Shown: positions 24,577 to 35,675 of the stretch, in pieces | How the letters are laid out: the number at the start of each line of letters is the position of its first letter | Position numbering within the stretch: position 1 is the first letter of the stretch | Origin: Lingula anatina | Taxonomy: Eukaryota > Animalia > Brachiopoda | Reading direction: 5' to 3' | Assembly: GCA_051362555.1 (NCBI GenBank) | Contig: CM120646.1 | Location: 12,400,001-12,464,000 of the forward strand | Length of the DNA stretch: 64,000 nucleotides | Notes under the pieces: model-generated | The model's database searches: none | What the model saw: the letters and a program-made list of their open reading frames with translations, nothing else | Told to the model about the DNA's origin: nothing | Program-made: the position numbers and the translations under genes

Positions 24577-26177
24577 ATGAAATCATGCTTCAATTTGGTA
24601 TATCAATTTAAACAAAAGTGATGAAATTCCGCGTATGTAATTTTTTTTTTTTTTGCATCGGAGAACCAATCATTAAATACACTGTCTTCTATCTAATAAT
24701 AGGGGCTTTCTTCTATGTGAGAGAGAGAGACCCCAAATGACTAGTAGCAATCAACACAGCCGGCAAGTTCATTTGCTTTTTTTTATCGAGTTTAATGCTT
24801 GAGACTACTAGTGAGGTATTTGAAGAAAACATTTACCAAATATCCCATCTGTTCTTCCGAAATAATAATTAAAAGTTTGTATCATTCCGACTTTGGTCAA
24901 TCAGACCAATATTGTAATTTTAAAATTAAAAATCACATAGAAATAAATATTAACATTAAATAATTAACTTTTTTTCTCATATGAAATGCTCTTTATATGA
25001 AATGTGTCAGTTTACGTATAGGTTTTATACAGCATATATGACATAATGATTGTGGGTTGTGAGTTGGTGATCGGGCTTCAAGAAGATATATTAAACATAG
25101 AAATAAACCTTTAGAATATTAAAATGTATGTGTTTTTCTCCATTTATTAATTGTGGGCGATTTAGATTAAAGAAATAATATCTTTTCCTTTGAGATTCAA
25201 AATTCCGCAAGAAATACATTGTAAATAACGCATGGGAACATATTATATTGCATTTTACCACTAAAACGGCTGTTATTGCAGTAAAACTAAAATCTGTGCT
25301 TGTCAATCGGGCTTTCGATGCCTTTCTTCACGGTCGTCAAGGCATCCGTTACCAATGACGTTGGGGTGTCACGCGGATTCTCGCGTTCATTCGAGACCAA
25401 CCAACAAATGGCGGCATAAGAAAGCAGACGCGTGATGCAGCCTTGTCATCAATGTAAATGTGATGCACAAATTCGTCAGATTTTGCAAAATCAAATGAAA
25501 TAAAAAATAATGATAACATACATATTTACAAAATCATTTAAGCTTTTTGAAAATTTACGTAAACATATATAAATGAATTATACTACAAATAACAGAGAGA
25601 ACCGAATTTTCAGATTTATTTTTCATCTGATGTGATAGATGAATCAATTTTGTTCATATTTTGCGGAAGGTTTGATTACCTGGACTAGAAGTTGGACTTA
25701 ATTAAGTTAATTGGTTGTGCTCATTATTTGATGAGATAAGAAGATTATATGGTAAATATGTTGCATCAAATACCATAGGATTTTGGTAAATGTATTATTC
25801 CAGCTTTATATTGTACATGGATTGTACCCGAGTTGGTTGTAGCTACCGTATAATTACTGTGACATTTAAATATTCCTGTTAAGCCTTATCATGACTGATT
25901 GATGAATGATGATCGAGAAATGACGTATACTCGACTACTACGAATTATTCTTAAAACAATTAGGAATTGAATTTGTTCTGACCTAACTATAAGTACAATG
26001 GCACATTGTCCTATTTGTAAATACATTGAGCATTAATGCATGGGGCATAGATTTATGTAAGGTATCTCTTACTACATTGAGATAGCATGTTTGTTTTGGC
26101 AATTTACAAATTTTGTTATTTAGTATTTGCTTTGCTTTAAAAAATGCAAAAAGAGTGTATGTTGTAAAGTTTTAAAA

Positions 26178-26734
26178 TTCGAGGACGAATTCTTTTGAAG
26201 AAGGGTTGTATGTTGTAAAGCAAATGACTTACACTTTCCCTAATTGCAGATAATAATTAAAACGGAATCAAATGAGTAAAAGGATAGGGAGTTATTGAGT
26301 GTAAGTTCAATTTCTGTAAGAGTCACCAAGTGTAGAAATTGTTCTCGGTGTAGGAAAGGATGAAACATGTCAAAGTCACATATAGTTCGATTGGTTGGCT
26401 AATTTCTCAATAGATCTGCAAGTTTCTGACACGTGTAAAACACATGCAAACCAAGGATGGATGTTGTCCAAGCATGAGTTCTTCAAATAATATTTTAAAT
26501 ATTTTCAATTGAAAACAAGTCTCATAGAAATTGGAAACTTAATAAGGAAATGTTGAATGGTGGTTTGCAACATGAGAATAGAAAATTCCTTGTAATCACG
26601 CAAAGACAATGGAAAGAAAACAAGGGAAAATAGAGGAAATAGAGTATAAATACTTGTGGAATTGTATGAAAAAGGCAGTCGGCGAATAAAGGTTTGAAAG
26701 CTCCAGATTGTCGTTTTCTTCATCACTTATAACA
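26178..26734 (+). mobile_element. LTR-retrotransposon remnant: 3' internal end, polypurine tract and a ~524-bp LTR (Gypsy-like)
   Basis: 'ttcgaggacgaattcttttgaagaaggg' resembles the usual Ty3/Gypsy pre-PPT/PPT segment. It is followed by TGTTGTAA (26211) ... TTATAACA (26734), i.e. inverted TG..CA ends, with internal TATAAA (~26645) and AATAAA (~26686). Confidence 0.6.
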
Positions 26735-26972
26735 TAAATGATCCAAACCACACGTTTATGGATTATTCAAGAATGCGTAAAATGTTCTGTGATAATAAAT
26801 ATACCGGTAGTTTGTGATGTTAATATCTATTTCATTGCGGTTTTTCGTGACAAAGGGAACTGTGTCACGACCTCGAACTGTTGGCCTCATCAACGTCATT
26901 CGCATAAAACCGCGCTTTCGACCTCAGCAAGTTACACAGCAGATTTGAACCTAGGAGAGAGAAGAGATCAGC

Positions 26973-29312
26973 ATGGAGCAGACAGATCTTCTGAAGGTCA
27001 GTTGTTGGAATAGTCATTTTAGCGCATACAGCGGTGACCGACTATTGTGTCTTGGCGGCTAGCATTACTTAGGAAAATGTACCAATTTCACTTTGAAAAA
27101 AAAAGAAATATGACAACATCATGGGTAAAAGATTTGCATTAGCTTAGACTTCAATATTTTTCGTTAATTTTGAGTTTCTTTGGTTAGCAAATGTGCGTAA
27201 AATTTACCAGAGTTTGCAGGCATCCCCCATCCACTATATGATAATACATGTAATTTGGCCATTTTGTTATGAATATAGCCTACAATTTGCGTCGCACAGG
27301 AACGTTTGATGAGGAGCCAGTCCTGACATTTTGTCTCTTTTCGTATGTGAAAACAAGACGTACACTCTAACTAATACATATGTATGTACGTATCAACTGC
27401 ATATAGTGTTTTTTCGTCCCAAATCTGCCCATAAAAAACTATAGAGGGTACTCCGTGAGGTGATAGCCATTGAGCCTGTGGAGGGAGGGGGGTAAGTACC
27501 CGAATGGCAAGCAGCTTTGACACCAAAAAAGATAAATGATATCATACATTAAATCATACAATATGCGTAACAACATAACAGAGGTAATTATAACCTTGTT
27601 TGTTGTGTAAAGACCAGGAATGAGTTCAACATGACTAACTGTTTTCGCTATACGTTCATATCTGTGAACCGCTTGTCTCATCTTGAGATGACGCTAACCA
27701 CCCAAACAATATAAAGGAGCAAATGAGGTCACAGGCATGATCTTTAAAATATTTAGTGCATAGATAATAAACAATGTTTGGTTATTTTAAGGTCCCACAT
27801 GAAAGAGTTTGTATCAAAGTTTCACTGTCCTGAAACAATGAATAATAATAAAAATAATAATTCATCGCCTAACCCCAAAAAGGAACATGCGTTACTGTCA
27901 CAAATGCAAAGCGTCCAGCTGTGGAAACGTTTTACTCAAAATTCAGTCATCGCTAGTTTTCTTCTTAAGTTTTATCTCCTTCAAGTAAAACGTTGTAAAA
28001 ATTTATGATAGTCTTCTGTATAAAGCGGGGAACTAGGGAACATAAGTTATGGAACATTAGCCATGACGCAGAGTCCCTCGAGTTACGGTTCAAATAATTT
28101 ATAAAAACATCCTTACATCATATATAATTTGCCATGACTGAAATGCACCTCTAAATTGGATTTGGGTATAATTCGATATCTTTATCATGGCGCGTTATAT
28201 GTTTGTCAATAATCAACATTTAGATAAGCCATAAACGTGCCAGTATTTTATTTTCAAAGCTTGTTCACTCCTACCCCGAAGTAAAGGGATCCGAGATATG
28301 GCTGAAAAAAATGAGGACATTATTTGAGAGATGCGACGCAGATGGCAATAAATACCTGTCGAAGGAGGACTTCATTCAAATGGCGCAGCGAGACGCTGAA
28401 TACAACAATCTGAAAGAAGGTGGTATGTATCTTCTAAAAAAGTATAAGAAATTTTTGTCATATTAGAAATTTTTATTATGATGGGATTTAAAGAGCAGGC
28501 TGAGGATCTTTGTTGAAAGAAATTGATCAATTTTATATGTAGATAAAAATCACTTTACTTGGCTACAGTCGAAAAATAAGCATTTCAAATAAACAATATT
28601 AACTTTTTGAACAAAGTGCAATTCGTCAGGCTAAATTTGCTTATAACATCGAAATAAAGCATGTCACATTATTAAAGGATATTAAGTCAGGTTTCCTTAA
28701 AAGAAGAGTAGACCAATTCACAACACGGCCAAAACCTGGTATACTGTTTGTTAATTTTACTGTGAAAAGAAACGATATACTAGAACATGCACAAAAGTGT
28801 TCAATGTGGGGATATAAATACTAAACAATGATATAAAACGTGAAAGCACGAGAACGTGAGCATGCACGCAAAACTTATCACATCTCCCTTGCCTTATTGT
28901 AGATCCAAAGGCGAAGGAAGTACGTGAGGCTCGACTGAGTGCCTGGAGAAACGCCGTGTTACGCGGACAGGGTAACCCAGACACCGACCGCGTGACTAAG
29001 GAAGATTTCGTTCAAAATATTCTGTGCGCTGTGAACACACCGTGGAGGGAGCAATACCCAGTCCTAGCCAGAGCTTTATTCAATGCCGTCGACATGAACA
29101 GCGACGGGATTATATCTCAGAGAGAGCACGCCGGATTCTTTTTTGCATACCGGATCCCAGTAGAGCTGTCTCCAGCCGCTTTCGACGCATTGGACACCAA
29201 CAAGGACGGAAAGATAAGTTTGGAGGAGTTCAGTCGCGCCTTTATAGATTTCTTCCTTGGGGAGGATCCCAGCAGCCCCCATAATACATTCTACGGCCCT
29301 CTTTTGGAATAG
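26973..29312 (+). CDS. SCP-like EF-hand protein, copy 2, 198 aa
   Basis: Exons 26973-26996, 28260-28422 and 28903-29312 have the same sizes (24/163/410 nt) and phases as copy 1. EF loops DADGNKYLSKED, DMNSDGIISQRE and DTNKDGKISLEE; ends FYGPLLE*. Confidence 0.92.
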
Positions 29313-30207
29313 GGAGTGTACTGAAGCCGTTGATGTACTAGTACAGTGTTGCTTGGTCATTCATTACAATAACGTAATTGCACAAAAAATAACACGTCGC
29401 TTATGCACAATTTGTGTTATTATTATATAATTTTGACTTGCCCGAGCTATTCCATTTGTTTTAAACTATAGTACTTTACAATGTGGAATAACATTAAGAG
29501 AAAATAAAAAGTAATATGCAAATACTGCAGAAAATGTGTGCGTAAATTACTTGCTATTTTGTGAAATTGCCTAACGATAGACCTCTATCTAGGTCGTCTC
29601 AGGAACTTAAAAACAGCAGACCCCAATCTTTTGCGATCAAACGAGGTACATATTAATACGTAGGTCTCGAAAATTACAAGTATATTTTTCATCATTTAAA
29701 AAGAAAGCCGAATTGTAATCAGACTTAGATTTAGGAGTAAGATTATTGGCATATATGGACGAATAAAATATGATGTGAATTTGCCACGAAACATCAAATG
29801 TTGGGTCCGAAGGACCTGATATATGCCCAAAAAGTGTATCAAAGTCCCAGGACCTTGTATTTGAGACCCAATGTAAGGCCTCATTCAAAACAGAATGTCC
29901 GAGTATCTACAGATCCACGGATCAAATATGGTGGACCCTAAGCGAAAGAAGAGCCGACAAACCTGCTGATGGTCGCCCCGCCATTAAAAGCTTCTAATCA
30001 CGACTTTCTTCTTCTTTCTGCTTTTGTCAAATTATTTGCAATTTTTCTAAAAACTATAACATGTTTTTATTTCATCAATGTGATAAGTATTTCTTTTAAG
30101 AAAAAAGAAATTCCCGGCGCATAGTCTCCCGGCGCATAGTTTGAAAAGTTTCACACAGATTCCGGAACGTTTTCTAGTCTCGTATGAGGTGACGCACTGC
30201 CAACAAC

Positions 30208-30482
30208 AGTGCCGGACTTAGGGGGTGTCAGGTGGGTCCTGACCCCCCCCCCCCCCCTTCGATTTCTGACAAAAATCACTCTAATGGTCCCCTCTTAAAT
30301 TAAGAATTTGGACTAGCTGAATAATAGTTTTAAACCGTACCAAATGGCACCTTTCGCCCTCTAAAACACCAAAAATTTTCCCTTCACCGGGCCCGGAACC
30401 CTACACGAAGGGGGGGGGGGGGGGTTTGAGGGCCTGCTTCGCATCCGCTGACCCTCTTCAAATAATCCTGGATCCACCCCTG
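30208..30482 (-). mobile_element. MITE family A copy
   Basis: Reverse-orientation match to the 20315-20570 element, with imperfect terminal inverted repeats CAGTGCCGGA / GGATCCACCCCTG. Confidence 0.7.
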
Positions 30483-32106
30483 TAGTGCTAAAGTAAACTA
30501 AAGTCAAAATTATAAAGAAATTGAGGCCGAGTGTCTTTGGCACGAAACTTCCGAAAGAGACAAAAAAAACCTTGCACTATTTATCTTTATCCTTGTGCAC
30601 GCAAAATGGCATGATGCTGTCACTCCTCTGTTCATATGTGACTGACCGTTGGCCAGTTCACGTGATTATATAGAACGAGGCAGCTGGTTCTGATTGGGCA
30701 CGTTGACCCGGCTGGTACTACCGGTACGTACTCAGTCTGACCTTGTAACCGGGACATCGTTCTCATCGTGACAGATGGGCCAAATGTTCTATTGAAAGTG
30801 CGTCTGATGCTGCTGCCACAAACCCATAATGACATTAGTTTGTTTTGCACGATCATAGTTGTACTGGCAAAAATGATTCATTGTGGATGAAAAGTGGAAA
30901 GTGGTAACGAGCTTTATATTTTGGATATGCCACTGAAATTCTTCTAGTTGGTTGCATGTTACACGGGCAGACTGGCGGCGAAATAAATCATCATCAAAAC
31001 AAAGCACCAGTGACGAGAAAAATTGAACATTATTCCTCGCGTCAGTAAATCTTGTTTACGGAAGCGATTATACCATATGTGTGCTATCATAGAAGTTAAC
31101 GTGAGAGGGGCACAAAATAGGTTAATTTGTCAATTCTGATGCGATATAACATAATTCGTAACAGCAGAATCAACACCAAATTTCAATTTAATATGGACAA
31201 CAGGTTACACTTTGAAATTGCCAGATTGAGTAAAATTAAAATTTTACAAAAAAAGCATTAATTCGAGAAAATATAAGTATGCAATAAAACTGGTTTTCCA
31301 ATTTGAACTGCGTGTCAATCCTAAGAATCATTCTTAGTTGCAAAATAGGACTTCTTCAATTTTGATGCAATATTACATAATGCTTAACAGCATCATCAAC
31401 ACCAATATTTAATCATGCGCTGCAGGTAGCATAGATATTTGGAAAATTTGATCAGCAAAGGTCTTCAGGTGTTTGGAAGACCAAAGTCACCCCCAGAAAA
31501 TGCCAAAATGTGAAAAATTAACATTTCACATACACAAAATGTGTAAAGCTGATTTTCCTGATTGCCCGATCATGCTGATATTTGAACTTGACCTGCACTT
31601 TATGAATATTCATCAGTTCTGTTGAAGACAAAACGTAAAACGGTTTTCCACTTATCGTGTTACACCGAAAGTGGACGGCAACGACAGACGCAGGTGACGG
31701 CTATATGTACAGACACATCTGTGAATGTACATAAAAATGCACCTAGCACAAAACACATCTTTTTTCCTTATTATATTTTTACTTCAGACAAAGTTTCAAG
31801 TGTGGCAAAAATACTGTGAGCGTACCCTCAAATTCTGTTTATAACAGGACGAATTTAGATCGGAAGTTGTGCCTACTTGTTACAATTTTGCCTTTTTAAT
31901 TCACATAATACAGGTTGACGTGAGTCCCGATTCCCGGTCTAAAGTACACCTAGTCTAAACGCAGCTTCAGTCACGTGGTAAGCCTGAATTCTTACGATGA
32001 CGTCCCTCCCTGGTTCTTATAAAACCCCGCTTTTGAGCTCAGCGATCACTGACACCGGAGAAGGGAACAGCACGTTTGAACCCAGAGGAAGGAAAAAAAG
32101 ATCAGT

Positions 32107-33588
32107 ATGGAGCAGACAGATCTTGTAAAGGTCAGTTTTGAAAATAGTCATTGCAGTGCGACCAAATCCGGCGCATACTGCGGTGACAGAGGTAACCGCC
32201 TTGGTCGTCTTAAGACAATCAATATGTTCAACATGAATAATTGTTTTCACTACACGGTATCTGAAAATCGCTGGGCAATAACACTAACTCGATATCTTCA
32301 TCATAGCTCTTTATATGGCATACAGACTTCTGCCAATAATCAACATGGAGATATGTCATAAGCATGCCCGAATGTTATTTTCGCAGAAAAAAAAACTGTT
32401 GAAAATTTTTTAATTGCTCTCTTAACTAAATTTGAAGTTACTATCTGACTCAGAAAACAGCCTATGTGTGTTAGAGAGAGAGGGGCGAGGATAGGGGGAG
32501 AGGCTCTCACTGCCGCTCAGACTAGCTAGCATAAACGGTATCAGAGAGCTGAAAAGAACCCATATCCGCGCAATGCTAGTACGCCAAGTGATTTAATGAA
32601 TGATTTTTTTTTGTATTGTAGCTTGTTCGATCCTATCCCGAAGTGAAGGGATCTGAGATATGGCGGAAAAAAATGAAGACATTATTTGACAGATGCGACG
32701 CAGATGGCAATAAATATCTGTCGAAGGAGGACTTCATTCAAATGGCGAAGCGAGACGTAGAATTCAACAGTCTAAATGAGGGTGGTATGTATCTTCATAT
32801 AAAGAATACGTAGATTTTTTATGCTATATTAAAATTGTTAGACATGACTGACAAAGTGCGAAATAATGATCAGAGAAATTGATCAATTATAGACGAAATT
32901 TTCATAATTTGGCTGCAGCCGAACAAAAGTGAGAGGCATTTCAAATATACATGCATTAACATTACATACAAAGTGCAATTTGTGAGGCTGAATTTAGTTA
33001 CAATATCAAAATAAACATGTCACCCTGTTAAGAGCCCTAAAGTCAGGCTATTTAAAAATGAAAGAGGGTAAATAAGTTCATAACAGTGCCAAAACCTGGT
33101 GTACTGTGTGTTGATGCACGCAAATATTCATCAAACCTTATTGTAGATCCAAAAGCGAAGGAAGTACTTGAGGCTCGACTGAGTGCCTGGAGAAACGCCG
33201 TGTTACGCGGACAGGGTAACCCAGACACCGACCGCGTGACTAAGGAAGATTTCGTTCAAAATATTCACAGCGCACAGAATATTTCGTTCAAAATATTCTG
33301 TGCGCTGTGAACACACCGTGGAGGGAGCAATACCCAGTCCTAGCCAGAGCTTTATTCAATGCCGTCGACATGAACAGCGACGGGATTATATCTCAGAGAG
33401 AGCACGCCGGATTCTTTTTTGCATACCGGATCCCAGTAGAGCTGTCTCCAGCCGCTTTCGACGCATTGGACACCAACAAGGACGGAAAGATAAGTTTGGA
33501 GGAGTTCAGTCGCGCCTTTATAGATTTCTTCCTTGGGGAGGATCCCAGCAGCCCCCATAACACATTCTATGGTCCTCTAGTGGACTAG
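32107..33588 (+). pseudogene. SCP-like EF-hand gene, copy 3, frameshifted in exon 3
   Basis: Exons 32107-32130, 32622-32784 and 33147-33588. Exon 3 is 442 nt versus 410 nt in the paralogs because of a 32-nt insertion (33267-33298), which brings TGA 33308-33310 into frame before EF3 and EF4. The remaining sequence is intact and ends FYGPLVD*. Confidence 0.82.
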
Positions 33589-34973
33589 GCTAAGCATTTT
33601 ACTTTACAAGGGAGTGGATATGATCACAGATATCTATCTTGGACTTGAAAGCAGTGTGCTTCATTTTGTTGAACGTGGTATATATAATGGGAACCATCCG
33701 AGACAGCCCATAATCTCGTAACTTGGTGAAAAATCAAGCGATATTTGGCATGATAGAAGGGGCGTGGGGATTAGAAATAATGACATATTCATTAGCGAAT
33801 GTGACATGACAACGAATAAAACCTCACATTTATTCACGTTTAGTTTCTAGTTGTTTTCTCTTAAGCTATATAAAATGTCTGTTACACAAAAGTGCGAATT
33901 CGCCTGTCTCTTTTGTACTTCGCGTATACATAGTTTTATCCTTGGCGCACAAAAAGTTAACCTACCTCAGGCAGACTATTGCACCGACGTCGCACATTGC
34001 CAACAGCCCCGCTTTAGGCTTTTTTAGATGATTCTCACTTATTTGTGTTAACCAATAGGCTAAAATACCTTTATATAAAACTGATTGTTGTCATATTTAT
34101 CAAAATGTCCATGGAAATCGTTGTCTTTGGATAAAATATCGTTGTTTTACTTGTGATGTCATATCAGCAATTTTAGGGTCAAAGTTCCATTTTGATTTCT
34201 TCCTATGTTCTGTCTTACCTTTTGCGTCACTATAGTATCACTCATTAGAAATAAATTACTGGAGTATAAAGCCCCATCCTTATCAGAAAGATTTCTAAAG
34301 TAAATCGCTGGGAGCTATGAACATGTACCTCAAGACGGTGCCCCCTATCCTCTTATAATCCCATCCTTTTGTTTTGATTACTAATGACGTGAAATTCCAA
34401 TAATTTTCAAAGGATTGTCTGCATAGTCTCGCCTCGGCCGTCATTGTTTTTCTTCAATAAAATAAACTTCTCCTGAGTTTATATCATTATCATTATCAAC
34501 CCCGAAAAAATGAAATAAATCAATATAAATAAATATCATAAATATGATTTAATTAACAGATAAATATGTACAAAAAGGGTAAAAAGATTTTTAAAAAAGA
34601 TATTAACATCAAAATAAATGTCTTCTCTCGCAAAGCAGTATTAATGTTACAGACCTTAAAAAGGTCCGAACTTGTCCGTCTGGTCACGGACCGCTGAAGT
34701 CACACCATACCTGGCAGGTATAAAGGCGCCACCTGGCACCGCCACACTGGCAGCGTACATATTCCAGAGGATCATTATTGAAAAATGTATATAAACACAT
34801 TCCTAGGGGATCACGACCCTAAAGAGCGGAGTCCTGTGTTTAATAAAGCTACATGTTCATGCACACCTGCTAAAATGCTTTTTCATAACTCATGCAAAAT
34901 GAATGGATGAACGACACATGACAGATATCACAAACTGCGACTGTGCTAGGTATAATCATATAGACAGTGTCAC

Positions 34974-35182
34974 TTAGAGTGCGTTCCTATAAAACTATCG
35001 TACTAGTAGGATCGATCTACATTGCCTTCAGTTTAAGCGTTTTAAATGTATGTAACGCCCACTGAAGCTGCTATATGGGTGATGAACTTTCGTGCATGCT
35101 TAAAATAAATGAAATTTAGCAAGAACCCCCTCGGAGATAGATCGATCCTGCAAGTACGATAGGGTATGGGAATAGTCCCTTA
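34974..35182. mobile_element. MITE family B (long imperfect terminal inverted repeats)
   Basis: Left arm 'ttcctataaaactatcgtactagtaggatcgatcta' versus right arm 'tagatcgatcctgcaagtacgatagggtatgggaa'. Related sequence occurs at ~51920-51970 and 62572-62788. Confidence 0.7.
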
Positions 35183-35642
35183 GGGGTACATTCCCTGTGC
35201 CCGGTGACATGAAACAAGGAGTGTCCACGAATGATTAACCGTCCCAGTGCTATATCAATCCACAGCGTTTATGGTTAGGCTTAGCACATTGAAATGTAAA
35301 TAAATAAATAAATAGATCGGGTAAGTAAAGCTGTGATAATTATGCTTGACATTTAGATCACCGAAACAAAATTTTTCCTTAGCTTTTGTTTACGTTGTTT
35401 CCTCTTTTTCGTATTGGTACGCAAGAAAAAAAATTACGAATTATGGATTTGTTCTACCCACCGTTCAAAGTATTGCATTTACTACTGCTGTGTTCTACTG
35501 GGTTTAGGGAAGAAGACATATATATATATAGATCAATCTAGGGCGGACACATGTATAGAAACGTATTGTGGGAATGATATATTTATTTGGGAACAGTGAA
35601 AAGTTAATTTTTGACGTTGACCATGTGTGTTTGGGAGGGGGG

Positions 35643-35675
<33 letters not shown>

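Noticed and set aside
22498-29312. Calling the EF-hand genes Ca2+-activated photoproteins
   Set aside because: The His and Trp residues that stabilise peroxy-coelenterazine and the C-terminal Pro are absent.
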